Source: Bdellovibrionota bacterium
GTDB lineage: Bacteria; Bdellovibrionota_C; UBA2361; OMII01
Direction: 5' to 3'
Assembly (NCBI GenBank): GCA_044345405.1
Contig: JBIJBE010000005.1
Location: forward strand, 60,701 to 124,700
Length of the DNA: 64,000 nucleotides
The notes below the pieces were generated by a model that worked only from the letters and a program-made list of their open reading frames with translations, was not told where the DNA came from and did no database searches. The stretch's first letter is position 1; every line of letters begins with the position of its first letter. Positions 1 to 11,471 of the stretch are shown here, piece after piece. A program made the translations under genes and the position numbers.

Positions 1-116
1 CTAATTTGCCGCCTTTTGTTGTCATACGCGTAATTCTCTCCCTATGAGGCGATACACCATCTCACCTGTTAAGACTCATGTGACCGTGTCTTGGATGCGG
101 ATTTTCCGGTGGGCCC

Positions 117-1775
117 CTATCGCCGAGCCGTCCCAACCCACATAAATCGTGAGGATACCATCCCGTCGGCCGTTTCCATATAGGTGTACACCTCTCGACC
201 CCGAGGGACGGAGAATTTAACTAACACCTCATATTCTCCCTGATCGTTGGTCACAACCTGCGCCACGGTCTTGTCTTGGACAACCAGGTTAAGCTTCACC
301 GCCCCTACCGGAATGCCAGCGTCTGAGTAGACCTTGCCACTGACTCGATAGAGCCGCTCACGCCGAGAGCCGATAAACTGACGTCGAGCCGTGATTCGCG
401 CGGGAGAGATGTCAGGGTCGCTTGCTGGTGGCTGCGGAGCCGCGGTTGGGTCGGTTGGAACTCCCCCTCGCGGAGTCATCAGCTCGGTAGAGATACATCC
501 GTTGTAACGAGACAGGTGGTCCGAGATCTCCCGCACGCTCACACTTGAAAGGCGCGTCGCAGACGGGATCGATATGCTCGGATACATCAGCCCGCTTCTA
601 TCACTGATATCGTGGAAACCCCCGAAGTTGTGCCCAATTTCGTGCGCGAAGATTCCCGGTGTCGCGGCGTCGACGTACGCTTGGGTCACACCGAAGGCGA
701 GCGCTGGAGCCGCGCACACGGTACCGATATAAGCGATACCGATAACACTTCCATCCATGTCCTTCCCTGTGAAGAGATGCTTAAGGTCAACCTGCTCATG
801 AAAATCGCCCCCTGAGCCCCCAAGGTTAGCGGCGTTGTCTGGATTACCAGTGAACACCTTCAGCAGGGTCGCTGAATCGGTCATCGTATATGGTGAGGTC
901 TGTGTGTATACGTGCTGCTTCACCAATCGAAACCGAATCCCGAGCTGAGCCTCGTAGATCGCCTCGGCCGTATTAAGAATACTCGCTATAACCGCGTTAC
1001 TTGATTCGCCGTACTTCGCGTACCACTCGGGGTCGGCGTCCGTACTGATAGTTATAACTTTGGTAGCTTTCGACTCTCCGGTTTCCGAGTTACCAACCGG
1101 GGTAGTCGCGGGGTCAATCGGCATGATCGTGTATTCGCTATGCCCCTCAGCGTGCTGCGCTACGGCCGCCGCGATACTACCGGAACCGACCGCGGATCCA
1201 CACGCACCCCTATAAAAGGCGTGCGCCGGAACGCTCGATACCTTCGCGGAAACCCGTATTGAACCGTTCAGTAAAACCCGCACAGTATAGATACGCTGAC
1301 GAGTTCCGCGCGAGCCAGTCGCGCGCCCCGGGATCGTGATCCTGAGTTCATTATTAATGACCGACGCGGCGGTCGGAAACACCCGACGCCCTTGACGAAC
1401 CGTCCCACCGCCAACCGCGACTTTGCCCCGCAATAAGACCGGCTCGATAGGATCGATATATTTCGCGCCCCGCTTATCAACGAGAGAGGTCCACGTCTTA
1501 TTTCGACGAAGATTGAAACGGGCGTCGATATTTCCAAGATTCGGGATTCTACCGGCAACCTTAACGGTCGGTATGGCATCAAAGGTTTTCGAAGATGACG
1601 CTCGAGCCTGAACGTGTCGCAACCCTTCGACGTCGAGAGCGGCTCGATAAGGAGTAGTTCCGGCGCAAGCTGAGTTTGGCGCCAAAACCACAAAAACCAG
1701 GGTTACAACCAAAGAGAACTGCTGGAATAAACAGCCACTTCTCATATCCTTCTCCACTCTTTTGCAGGCATCCAT
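117..1775 (-). CDS. Secreted M12/reprolysin-like zinc metalloprotease
   Basis: Metzincin motif HEIGHNFGGFHD followed by Met-turn (GLMY); hydrophobic N-terminal signal segment; true start may be a later Met. Confidence 0.8.
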   Translation of the reverse strand: MDACKRVEKDMRSGCLFQQFSLVVTLVFVVLAPNSACAGTTPYRAALDVEGLRHVQARASSSKTFDAIPTVKVAGRIPNLGNIDARFNLRRNKTWTSLVDKRGAKYIDPIEPVLLRGKVAVGGGTVRQGRRVFPTAASVINNELRITIPGRATGSRGTRQRIYTVRVLLNGSIRVSAKVSSVPAHAFYRGACGSAVGSGSIAAAVAQHAEGHSEYTIMPIDPATTPVGNSETGESKATKVITISTDADPEWYAKYGESSNAVIASILNTAEAIYEAQLGIRFRLVKQHVYTQTSPYTMTDSATLLKVFTGNPDNAANLGGSGGDFHEQVDLKHLFTGKDMDGSVIGIAYIGTVCAAPALAFGVTQAYVDAATPGIFAHEIGHNFGGFHDISDRSGLMYPSISIPSATRLSSVSVREISDHLSRYNGCISTELMTPRGGVPTDPTAAPQPPASDPDISPARITARRQFIGSRRERLYRVSGKVYSDAGIPVGAVKLNLVVQDKTVAQVVTNDQGEYEVLVKFSVPRGREVYTYMETADGMVSSRFMWVGTARR

Positions 1776-1922
1776 TCCTACGGCGGAAAAACGCGAGGGC
1801 GTTTTCTCTTACGATGCCCCTCGGAGAAGGAGGGCTCGAAAAATTTTCCAAAAAATTTACAACCCTTGTGCGAATCCCCGTAAGGCGGCTACATAAGCTA
1901 GAGAACCAACCCTGCGTGTCAG

Positions 1923-3167
1923 ATGATTCGAGCCACCCCCTTCTCTCTTTTTCGAATGACCCATTACGCCGCTCACCCCATCAATAAGTTCACTCACTTA
2001 CTGGTGTTATGCGCTGTTGTTGCCTCTGGTTGTGGTCGACCAACGACCGTCTCTCCAGAGAAGGCCTTTCGGCCCATTTCCGCTGAGCGAATCGATCTTT
2101 CAGACGATCTCAGCTTTGAGGGGCTCGAAGCCGCGATCGCTCAGCAGCGAGAGATACTGCGGAAGAGTGGCGACACTCCGATGAACTTCGGCGCCGAGAC
2201 CGTGTCACGGCGGGAATACGCCGAAGCACTCGACGCGTTGGTGGCAACCTTGAGAAGTTCGGAACCCGCGGACTCGAAGCTCACCTACATCCGAAATAAT
2301 TTTCGGTTCCTTGAGTGGTACGGGGGGAGTGATTGGGGCGAGATCCTCTTGACCAGCTACTTCGAGCCGATCATTCCGGGAAGCACGACAGCGTCCGCTC
2401 AATTTTCACAACCACTTTATGAAAAGCCAGACGACCTCGTGGTTATCGACCTCAAAAAATTCTCCGATCGCTTCAAGGATGAGGCAAGCCTACGGGGACG
2501 CGTGCACGAGGGGAAAGTAACGCCGTACTTCTCAAGAGGAGAGATCGATAGCGGACACGCGTTAAAGGGCCGAAAGCTCGAACTGTGCTGGGTTGATCCA
2601 ACAGACGCCTTCTTTCTTCACATCCAGGGGTCCGGGACCGTCAAGCTTCCCCACGGCGAGGAGCTCTTCATCACCTATGCGGAGAAGAACGGTCAAAAAT
2701 ATGTACCCATCGGTAAGTATCTTAAGGAGCGACTCGCCCCGCTTCCGGTTACCATGCAACGGATTGAAAGGGTCGTAAAAATGATGTCCGAACAGGAACG
2801 CTCCGATCTCTTCGCTAAAAATCCGAGCTATGTGTTCTTCACGAAATCAAAACGGAGAGCGATCACATCCCTCGGCGTTCCGGCCACGCCGGGACGGACG
2901 ATCGCGGTCGATTCAAAATTCGCCCCCAAAGGCGCGCTTGCGCTCATCTCCTTCAACAAGCCGTTAGTCGACCAACCAGAGTCAGTTGATAGAGGGACAC
3001 ATCCCACAACGAGGGTTTCACGATTCGTTCTCGATCAGGACTCGGGCGGCGCCATCACCGGAACCGATCACGTAGATCTATTCTGGGGACGGGGCGATGA
3101 GGCTAAAAAAGTAGCGGGAATACTTCAAGACAAGGCCCGAATCGTATTCCTCGTGCCTAAACGATAA
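1923..3167 (+). CDS. mltA: Membrane-bound lytic murein transglycosylase A
   Basis: LTSYFEP, FFLHIQGSG, NPSYVFF and 3D-domain DSGGAI...VDLFWG motifs; lipobox-like VASGC; start may be ATG 1956. Confidence 0.9.
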   Translation: MIRATPFSLFRMTHYAAHPINKFTHLLVLCAVVASGCGRPTTVSPEKAFRPISAERIDLSDDLSFEGLEAAIAQQREILRKSGDTPMNFGAETVSRREYAEALDALVATLRSSEPADSKLTYIRNNFRFLEWYGGSDWGEILLTSYFEPIIPGSTTASAQFSQPLYEKPDDLVVIDLKKFSDRFKDEASLRGRVHEGKVTPYFSRGEIDSGHALKGRKLELCWVDPTDAFFLHIQGSGTVKLPHGEELFITYAEKNGQKYVPIGKYLKERLAPLPVTMQRIERVVKMMSEQERSDLFAKNPSYVFFTKSKRRAITSLGVPATPGRTIAVDSKFAPKGALALISFNKPLVDQPESVDRGTHPTTRVSRFVLDQDSGGAITGTDHVDLFWGRGDEAKKVAGILQDKARIVFLVPKR

Positions 3168-3171
3168 GGGA

Positions 3172-3702
3172 TTACTGGTCCTCTTCCTCAAGGCTCGGCA
3201 CGACTACTCCAGGAGCGATACCTGGCGAGCCTCCCCGTTGAACAGGCACAGCGTTAGGGATCAGTCCCACGATAGCGGGATCGCTTGCGGGAGGAGCAGA
3301 GACGCCCCCGGTGGAAGGACCATCAGGCCCGGAAGGTATCTCGCGCACGATGTCACGCAGAATATCTTTCGACTCCTCGGAATCAGCACTCACCTTCTTC
3401 ACAGGCTCAGGTTCAGGGGCTTTCTTAGCGCGAACACTCTGCTCCGCCGCCCCTGCGCGAACCGAGGTTACCTTTCCATTCTTAAAAATTACTCTGGCGC
3501 CACCTTTATAGTTCCACACGAGCTCCTGCTTCACCCCGCGAACGACTCGCTCCTCCGGCTCTCCCCACGCGGCGAGAACGTCGCGAAGTGAAGCGCCTAC
3601 GCTGAATCGCTCGTCACGTTTCGCTTGAGCCTCACTAGAGGCGGCGTTAGCGCACGTCATGACACACAATCCGATCATCAAGGTTGTAAAGGTTACTCTC
3701 AT
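3172..3702 (-). CDS. Exported hypothetical protein with SmpA/OmlA(BamE)-like small domain and Pro-rich tail
   Basis: Signal peptide (ANA/AAS cleavage-like site); pattern G-x-S-x-x-D-V-x-x-x-WG-x-P...W-x-Y. Confidence 0.5.
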   Translation of the reverse strand: MRVTFTTLMIGLCVMTCANAASSEAQAKRDERFSVGASLRDVLAAWGEPEERVVRGVKQELVWNYKGGARVIFKNGKVTSVRAGAAEQSVRAKKAPEPEPVKKVSADSEESKDILRDIVREIPSGPDGPSTGGVSAPPASDPAIVGLIPNAVPVQRGGSPGIAPGVVVPSLEEEDQ

Positions 3703-3881
3703 GTTCCCTACCCCGTGGCTCTCCCATAACGCAGACCGGATTCGTTTCTCACGAATCGCGCCGCCTCACTCAGAACACTATCGCATCCCGCTGTGAAACC
3801 AGCATCTCGTGTATCGGCTCGAGTCATTGAAACCCTGAGAGATTTTGAGCGTCCTTTGGCTAAGTAGCCTATCGCCCTCGT

Positions 3882-5288
3882 TTACGAACGGGGTTTAAGA
3901 TAAATGGAGAAGGTAGATCCCTGTCCCAACACACTTTCAACGTCGACGCGTCCGCCATGCACCTGGGCGATATGTTTCACGATTGCGAGACCGAGGCCCG
4001 TGCCACCCATCTGACGACTACGCCCTTGGTCTACCCGGTAGAATCGTTCGAAGAGGCGGGAAAGATGCGTGGCCTCAATACCGGGCCCCGTATCACAAAC
4101 CATACACCGGACGTACTCTCCTTGGCGTTCAGCGGTAATCGAGACCTGAGTTCCAGAGTCAGAGTATTTAATCGCGTTATCGATGAGATTGACGAACGCC
4201 TGCTGCATGAGACTCGAATTCACAGCCACTCGAATGTCGTCATCGATCGACGAGGCGAGCGAGATAGATTTCGCGGCCGCGTTAGCGGAACACACCTCAA
4301 TCGCCTCACGCACAATATCAGCGACCTTGTGATTCGAGACGTCCATGCGCTCCTCCTGATCCCCCGCCTCCAGGCGAGAGAGGATCAAAAGATCGTTGAA
4401 GATCGCGTGCAGGCGCTCAGCGTGCTTCCCAATAATTCCCAAGAATTTCTTGAGAGATTCAGGTTCATGCATCGCGCCATCAAGTAAGGTTTCGGCGAAT
4501 CCTTTGATAGATGTTACGGGAGTCCGAAGCTCATGAGACACATTCGCGACGAAATCCCGCCGAACGTTCTCAAGCTTGTGCACCCTCGTCATGTCTCGAA
4601 GCACTATGAGGGTTCCAGATGACGAGCCGTCATCCTGAAACAGCGGAGAACCATACATGTCGAGGATCATCTCTGGGTCTTGTCGCAACATCACCGTGCG
4701 CGTTGTGGGAACCATCGAGGAGGAGGCCTCCTTCATGAAACGTCGGATCTCATCGAAGAGGATAATCTCACCCAGCGACCGACCCTCGACATACGCCTTA
4801 GAGATCCCGAGCAGCGTTCTCGCCGCCTCGTTCATCCGGCGAATTCTCCCCTCCGAATCAACGGTGACAACACCCTCGGTCATGCTTCGTAGGATAGCGT
4901 CCTGCTCTCCGCTCAACTGGGACAGCGCTTGCACCCGCTCTTGAAGCTGCGTCGCCATATCATTCAAACCCTCGGTCAGGGCGCGAAGCCTCTTTCGACG
5001 TGGTATCTCAACGGGCTGCTCAAAACTCCCTTCGGCGAATCGAGCGGTGGCCTCTTCGACTCGCTTTAGCGCCTCCTCACTGAGATAGGAAAGACGAAGC
5101 CCTCCGCAGACGGCGATACCGATGGACATAAGGGACGCGACCACCGAGGCCCTAGAGATATCGGTGCTAAAGGTCAGTTGGAGGAGGAGCGGCACGGAGG
5201 CGATGAGGGCGATCCCTCCTCCCCACACGATTAATCGACCGTATCCACTCATGCTGACCTGACCAACTTCGAGCGAGACAGCGCCCAA
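3882..5288 (-). CDS. phoR: PhoR-like sensor histidine kinase (2TM-HAMP-PAS-HisKA-HATPase)
   Basis: DFVANVSHELRTP H-box, NLIDNAIKY N-box, DTGPGI, FERFYRVD, GGTGLGL; downstream of an OmpR-type regulator; start possibly ATG 5252. Confidence 0.8.
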   Translation of the reverse strand: MGAVSLEVGQVSMSGYGRLIVWGGGIALIASVPLLLQLTFSTDISRASVVASLMSIGIAVCGGLRLSYLSEEALKRVEEATARFAEGSFEQPVEIPRRKRLRALTEGLNDMATQLQERVQALSQLSGEQDAILRSMTEGVVTVDSEGRIRRMNEAARTLLGISKAYVEGRSLGEIILFDEIRRFMKEASSSMVPTTRTVMLRQDPEMILDMYGSPLFQDDGSSSGTLIVLRDMTRVHKLENVRRDFVANVSHELRTPVTSIKGFAETLLDGAMHEPESLKKFLGIIGKHAERLHAIFNDLLILSRLEAGDQEERMDVSNHKVADIVREAIEVCSANAAAKSISLASSIDDDIRVAVNSSLMQQAFVNLIDNAIKYSDSGTQVSITAERQGEYVRCMVCDTGPGIEATHLSRLFERFYRVDQGRSRQMGGTGLGLAIVKHIAQVHGGRVDVESVLGQGSTFSIYLKPRS

Positions 5289-5310
5289 CGCGCTACTCTA
5301 TCCCAGTGCG

Positions 5311-5994
5311 TTATCCCTTGAAACGGTACCCTACTCCCCGGACGGTCTCAATCAAAGCACCAATCTCTCCGAGCTTCTTTCGGAGACCGACCACCTGAAC
5401 ATCTACCGACCTATCGGTAACGGGGTAGTCGTCTCCATGCACTCCATCAACGATTTGAGTGCGGGTGAATACCACACCTGGTTGGCGCATTAAGAAGTGA
5501 AGGAGCTTAAACTCTGTGTTCGTGAGCTCCACGAGATCATCTCGAACATGAACCTCGCGTCGCGTCGGATTTACTTTAAGTCCCTCGATGGCGAGCGTAG
5601 CGTCATCCGCCACGGGAGAGGAACCAACGCGGCGAATCACGCTCTTCACACGAGCGAGCAGAACACTTGGGCTAAACGGCTTCGCCACATAATCATCAGC
5701 TCCAAGCTCCAATCCGGCCACGACATCCTTCTCCTCTCCAAGAGCCGATATCATCACAATTGGGGTCTTCGACAGCGTCGCATCGGACTTGAGACGGCGA
5801 CAAACCTCAAGTCCATCGATTCCTGGAAGCATGATATCTAGCACTACCAACATCGGGCGGACCTCGTGCGCGATCTGCAAGGCCTCCTCTCCAGTACCCG
5901 CGGCCATAACCGTGTAGCCACTCTTGGAGAGATTGTATCTGACAAGTTCCCGAATATCCTCCTCGTCATCAACCACTAAGATAACATCTTTCAT
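5311..5994 (-). CDS. phoB: OmpR/PhoB-family response regulator
   Basis: Receiver domain (VVDD, LDIMLP, GADDYVAKPF) plus winged helix (RSVDVQV..LRKKL, ETVRGVGY). Confidence 0.8.
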   Translation of the reverse strand: MKDVILVVDDEEDIRELVRYNLSKSGYTVMAAGTGEEALQIAHEVRPMLVVLDIMLPGIDGLEVCRRLKSDATLSKTPIVMISALGEEKDVVAGLELGADDYVAKPFSPSVLLARVKSVIRRVGSSPVADDATLAIEGLKVNPTRREVHVRDDLVELTNTEFKLLHFLMRQPGVVFTRTQIVDGVHGDDYPVTDRSVDVQVVGLRKKLGEIGALIETVRGVGYRFKG

Positions 5995-6209
5995 TGTTCC
6001 CGATTCCTAATCCCTAAAGGTTTCTCTCTTTGCTGAAATTCTACCGTTTTCCCTAGCCAAGGTATCCGGATAACGTCCAACTCACTAAAAACTAACAGAT
6101 GGGGACGCCATATTCATAGCGGATTTACTCAAATAAAAAACACCTTTCGACGGTGGGCGAACCGAGACTATGCTGCCACCACAACAACTACAACAGAGAG
6201 GTAACGGTC

Positions 6210-6602
6210 ATGGGGACAAAAATAGAATGCTTTGAATCGATAGCCAACGCGCCAAAAGCGGTCGGCCCCTATTCCCCAGTCGTGCGCGCCGGAAACTTGG
6301 TGTTCCTCTCTGGACAGGTCGGGCTCAACCCCGAGACATCTCAACTCGTGGGCGCGGGCATCCAGGAACAGACCGAACAGGTGATGAAGAATCTTAAAAC
6401 GGTACTCGCCGGCGTTGGGCTCTCATTCAAGGATGTGATCAAGACCGTCATCTTCCTCACTGACCTCTCGAACTTTCAAACCGTGAACAAGATCTACGGA
6501 GACGCGCTTGAGGGACACAAACCCGCGCGCTCTACCATTCAGGTCAGCGCCCTCCCCCTCGGCGCGATCGTTGAGATCGAGATGATTGCGGTGGTGGGGT
6601 AG
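6210..6602 (+). CDS. ridA: RidA/YjgF family enamine-imine deaminase
   Basis: APKAVGPYS, SGQ, PARS, VEIE motifs; ATG 6210 preceded by GAGG. Confidence 0.9.
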   Translation: MGTKIECFESIANAPKAVGPYSPVVRAGNLVFLSGQVGLNPETSQLVGAGIQEQTEQVMKNLKTVLAGVGLSFKDVIKTVIFLTDLSNFQTVNKIYGDALEGHKPARSTIQVSALPLGAIVEIEMIAVVG

Positions 6603-6635
6603 AAAACGATTTTCATCACGAGAACCCGTGACCTC

Positions 6636-6726
6636 GGAGGGTGCTCATTCCTGAGCGCCCTGTCGCGCTTGGCAAATCACCTTCGCCGTACGTAACCACT
6701 CGGCGACCAGGAATGGTCGCCCTCCC
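6636..6726. repeat. REP-like doublet (cluster 1 of the dispersed GGAG-tagged palindrome family)
   Basis: GGAG-GGTGCTCA-TTCC-TGAGCGCC at 6636-6659 and the inverted copy TCGGCGACCAGGAATGGTCGCCCTCCC at 6700-6726. Confidence 0.85.
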
Positions 6727-6882
6727 GACTTTGCGACTCGCGCTTAGGTCTATTGATATGGGGAGAACGAGGAGTCGTCGCGGAGCCCACCCCACAAGGG
6801 GCGGGCCCCACTCCGAGGAAGCAAATCAGGGAACTACAACCAACAACCTAAAACCCTGTCAACGTGGACGAGTAGATACGCT

Positions 6883-6939
6883 TCACAGTGTGAAGACCTC
6901 GCTCACCAATACGACAGAATTAATTCCTATAGCCGACAT
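6883..6939 (-). CDS. Putative 18-aa small peptide MSAIGINSVVLVSEVFTL
   Basis: Minus strand reads AGAAAGGAGGTGATCC immediately before the ATG (AGGAGG 6 nt upstream); TGA at 6885-6883; below the ORF-track size cutoff. Confidence 0.5.
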   Translation of the reverse strand: MSAIGINSVVLVSEVFTL

Positions 6940-6955
6940 GGATCACCTCCTTTCT
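6940..6955 (-). promoter_or_regulatory. Extended Shine-Dalgarno site fully complementary to the canonical 16S rRNA 3' tail
   Basis: Plus strand GGATCACCTCCTTTCT equals the canonical 16S 3' terminus; flanking sequence is not rRNA-like. Confidence 0.75.
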
Positions 6956-7173
6956 CAAAGCAGGCCCCCTTCCCTATAGGAGAGAAGGTTCGCCTGAACT
7001 AGGCGACCGAACTCAGATCATCCGATGAGAGATGATCGAGAACTTAGGATTAGAATGAATATCTATAGCGCATAGCGCAATGACTAAAATGTGAGGGAAC
7101 GAAAACTTTTCTCTCTTGCGTGTCTCACAACAGAAGTGAGGTTCGACTCTCGGCGCCGGACTCATGCGCGCGA

Positions 7174-8370
7174 CTACTCAACGAACAACATGAGTCCCTT
7201 CAGGTAATCCCCCTCAGGATGAAAGATGCTCGTCGGATGACACGGCGCTTGGTGGAGAAAATCAACGACGCGAACAAATCTTCCGGCTGAGACCGCCGCC
7301 CGCATAATCGCGTCGCGGAACATCTCTCGTGAGATTAGTTGAGAACACGAGAACGTCGCGAGCGTTCCACCCGGTTTAATCTTCTTCAGCGCGAGCGCGT
7401 TTATCGTCTCATACCCTCGCATCGCTCGCTGCACCGCTCGCTGGTGCTTCGCGAACGCGGGAGGATCGAGAACGATAAGGTCAAAGGTATCTGGAATCTG
7501 GGTCAGGTAGCTAAAACAATCCGCTACCTCAGCGTTATGCGGGGCGCTCGCGAAATTCGCCACCACATTCTGCCGGCATAAATCGATCGCTGACTTGGAG
7601 GCGTCAACCGAGGTGACCGACTCCGCGCCACCAGCGAAGGCGTACACTGAAAACGCTCCGGTATAGCAAAAGGCGTTCAACACATGCTTACCACGCGCCG
7701 CGTCCCGTATCTTCTGTCGATTAACACGTTGGTCGAGGAAGAAGCCTGTTTTCTGGCCGCCGGTGATATCCGCCAAAAAGCGAAGTCCGTTCTCCGAGAA
7801 GGATACGACCTGGGAGGGCTCCGCGACGGTCGCCTCCACCTCGCCGGACTCCTCTTGCTCATCCATTTGAGACTCGACGCGACGAAAAATAACCTTTGAG
7901 AGACCAAGCTCTGGCATACCGAGCAGACTCCCCTGGATGGATTCGCGTACGCGCCACATCCCCGCCGAGTGACATTGAACGACCGCGGTGTCATCGTAGA
8001 GGTCAATCACGAGACCTGGCAGCTCATCCCCCTCAGCGTGGACCAAACGGAATCCATTTGTTGAGGCATTTCCAACAAGACCCAACCGTTCACGAACCCG
8101 TGTCGCGTTCGCGAGCTTTGCATGAATCAACTCACTCTCGCTTGTCACCTCTTCGAATGAGAGGAGACGAACGGCGATACCTCGCGTTCCCCAATGTCCA
8201 CATCCCAGCAGCGCGCCATCTTTTGAACGCACATCAACGAGGCACCCTCGTTGCAATGTGCCACGACGGTCGGCGATCGCGCCGGAGAAGATCCATGGGT
8301 GACGACGTTTAACAGCGGACTCTCGACCTTGACGAAGGACGACTACGGGACGCGAAGACTTTTCACTCAT
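7174..8370 (-). CDS. rlmI: RlmI-family 23S rRNA m5C methyltransferase
   Basis: PUA-like N-terminus (HPWIFSG), GQKTGFFLDQR, LNAFCYTG, LDPPAF, YLKG. Confidence 0.85.
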   Translation of the reverse strand: MSEKSSRPVVVLRQGRESAVKRRHPWIFSGAIADRRGTLQRGCLVDVRSKDGALLGCGHWGTRGIAVRLLSFEEVTSESELIHAKLANATRVRERLGLVGNASTNGFRLVHAEGDELPGLVIDLYDDTAVVQCHSAGMWRVRESIQGSLLGMPELGLSKVIFRRVESQMDEQEESGEVEATVAEPSQVVSFSENGLRFLADITGGQKTGFFLDQRVNRQKIRDAARGKHVLNAFCYTGAFSVYAFAGGAESVTSVDASKSAIDLCRQNVVANFASAPHNAEVADCFSYLTQIPDTFDLIVLDPPAFAKHQRAVQRAMRGYETINALALKKIKPGGTLATFSCSQLISREMFRDAIMRAAVSAGRFVRVVDFLHQAPCHPTSIFHPEGDYLKGLMLFVE

Positions 8371-8649
8371 GGAGGGGCCTATGCTTTACTAACTGACGCG
8401 CCAACGTTTTGGGCGGGCGTCGTTGCAGTAGTACCACAGAGGCCGATACGCCAGTCAACGCTCGCCCACATCGGGCACGGCGTTACCGAGAAAGCTTTTC
8501 CTCACCCTCCCGCTAACCGTGCGGGAATATTAGATCAGGTTAACGAGAGGCGCGAGGCTAAACCCTTGCTCGCCACCGTAGTGACTGAAAGAGTGCCCCG
8601 CGTCCTGCATGGACGAGCCCTTCACGAAGGCGTCCGTAAGGTAAAAAGA

Positions 8650-9447
8650 TTACTCGGGAGCGGACTCCATCGAGCCCCGAGTGTACGGACGTCCATTAAT
8701 CGTTACCTGACTTCGAACATCAGAGACCCCTTCAACGTTGAGGATAGAGGCGAGCACCTCATCCACTTGGCGATGATTGGAGAGCTTTCCTTCAACGGTA
8801 GCTACCCCATCTCGCACAGTAACCTGCAACGCCTTCATCAATCGAGGATACTCCTCGCTCAAGGCGCGTCGAATAGAGTTCTCAAGTTCAGCATCGGAGA
8901 TTCGCGCTCCGGCCCGACCACCCTGAATGATCATCTGGTCGGAAACGGTACGTTTAGCGATAGATGCGGCGGATGAAACGATCCGCTCTCGAGTCGCTTG
9001 AGAGTCGACGGTTCCACGTAAAATCACACGGTCAGGCTCCGTGAATACGGAAACGTTATACCGGCCGTTCGGCACATCGCGACGGAACGCCTCCTCCATG
9101 CGAGTAATCTCCTCATTACGGCGAGACTGCGGCGCGTGGGCCACCGCGAGGCGGTTGTCCACTCGAGATACACCGTGCGCTCGTTCAGCCGCCTCCTGGA
9201 CTCGACGACGAGCCTCCTCGTTCTCAACATACCCCTCAAGACGTATCTCTCCACGGCCACGGTTATCGATATCAATATTGTGTGGGCCTATCGGCGGCTG
9301 AATCATCGCGATCTGATTGCTTACGTCACTATTGACCTCACGCCAATCAGCGCTGGCCGCGTCTCGCATACCATGCACACTGAACGCCGCGAGTGCGCAT
9401 CCCACAATGATAGTCCGATAAACTCTTGAGCGCGCACGAGGTGTCAT
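8650..9447 (-). CDS. Periplasmic BON-domain protein (about 3 BON domains)
   Basis: Signal peptide; repeated L-x-G-x-V...GV-x-x-V-x-N/S motifs. Confidence 0.8.
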   Translation of the reverse strand: MTPRARSRVYRTIIVGCALAAFSVHGMRDAASADWREVNSDVSNQIAMIQPPIGPHNIDIDNRGRGEIRLEGYVENEEARRRVQEAAERAHGVSRVDNRLAVAHAPQSRRNEEITRMEEAFRRDVPNGRYNVSVFTEPDRVILRGTVDSQATRERIVSSAASIAKRTVSDQMIIQGGRAGARISDAELENSIRRALSEEYPRLMKALQVTVRDGVATVEGKLSNHRQVDEVLASILNVEGVSDVRSQVTINGRPYTRGSMESAPE

Positions 9448-9660
9448 AAACTCTTCTCCCTAAGCTGTGGACCATGCCTCCACTAAAACATGGTGAACAT
9501 GAATCATCTTGCGCCGTGACGGTATGACCCACAACGCTCCCCTCTCACGCCACACACCCGGCTAAGGCCCTGACCGCAGGTTACATGCGGAGCTAACTCC
9601 TTGATATAAAGGGCTTGAACAGCTCACTTTTTAGGACTCTTTAATTGTCTTAGAGCCTGA

Positions 9661-11469
<1,809 letters not shown>

Positions 11470-11471
11470 CA

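Noticed and set aside
6939-6955. 16S rRNA gene or fragment
   Set aside because: The match is limited to the terminal 17 nt; upstream sequence lacks the conserved 16S 3' region (e.g. AAGTCGTAACAAGG).
6641-6979. 112-aa plus-strand ORF
   Set aside because: Starts inside a REP and runs through repeats and hairpins; the SD and G-U pairing evidence favours the minus strand.
8251-8976. 241-aa plus-strand ORF
   Set aside because: Overlaps two well-supported minus-strand genes (rlmI and the BON protein) and has no motif.
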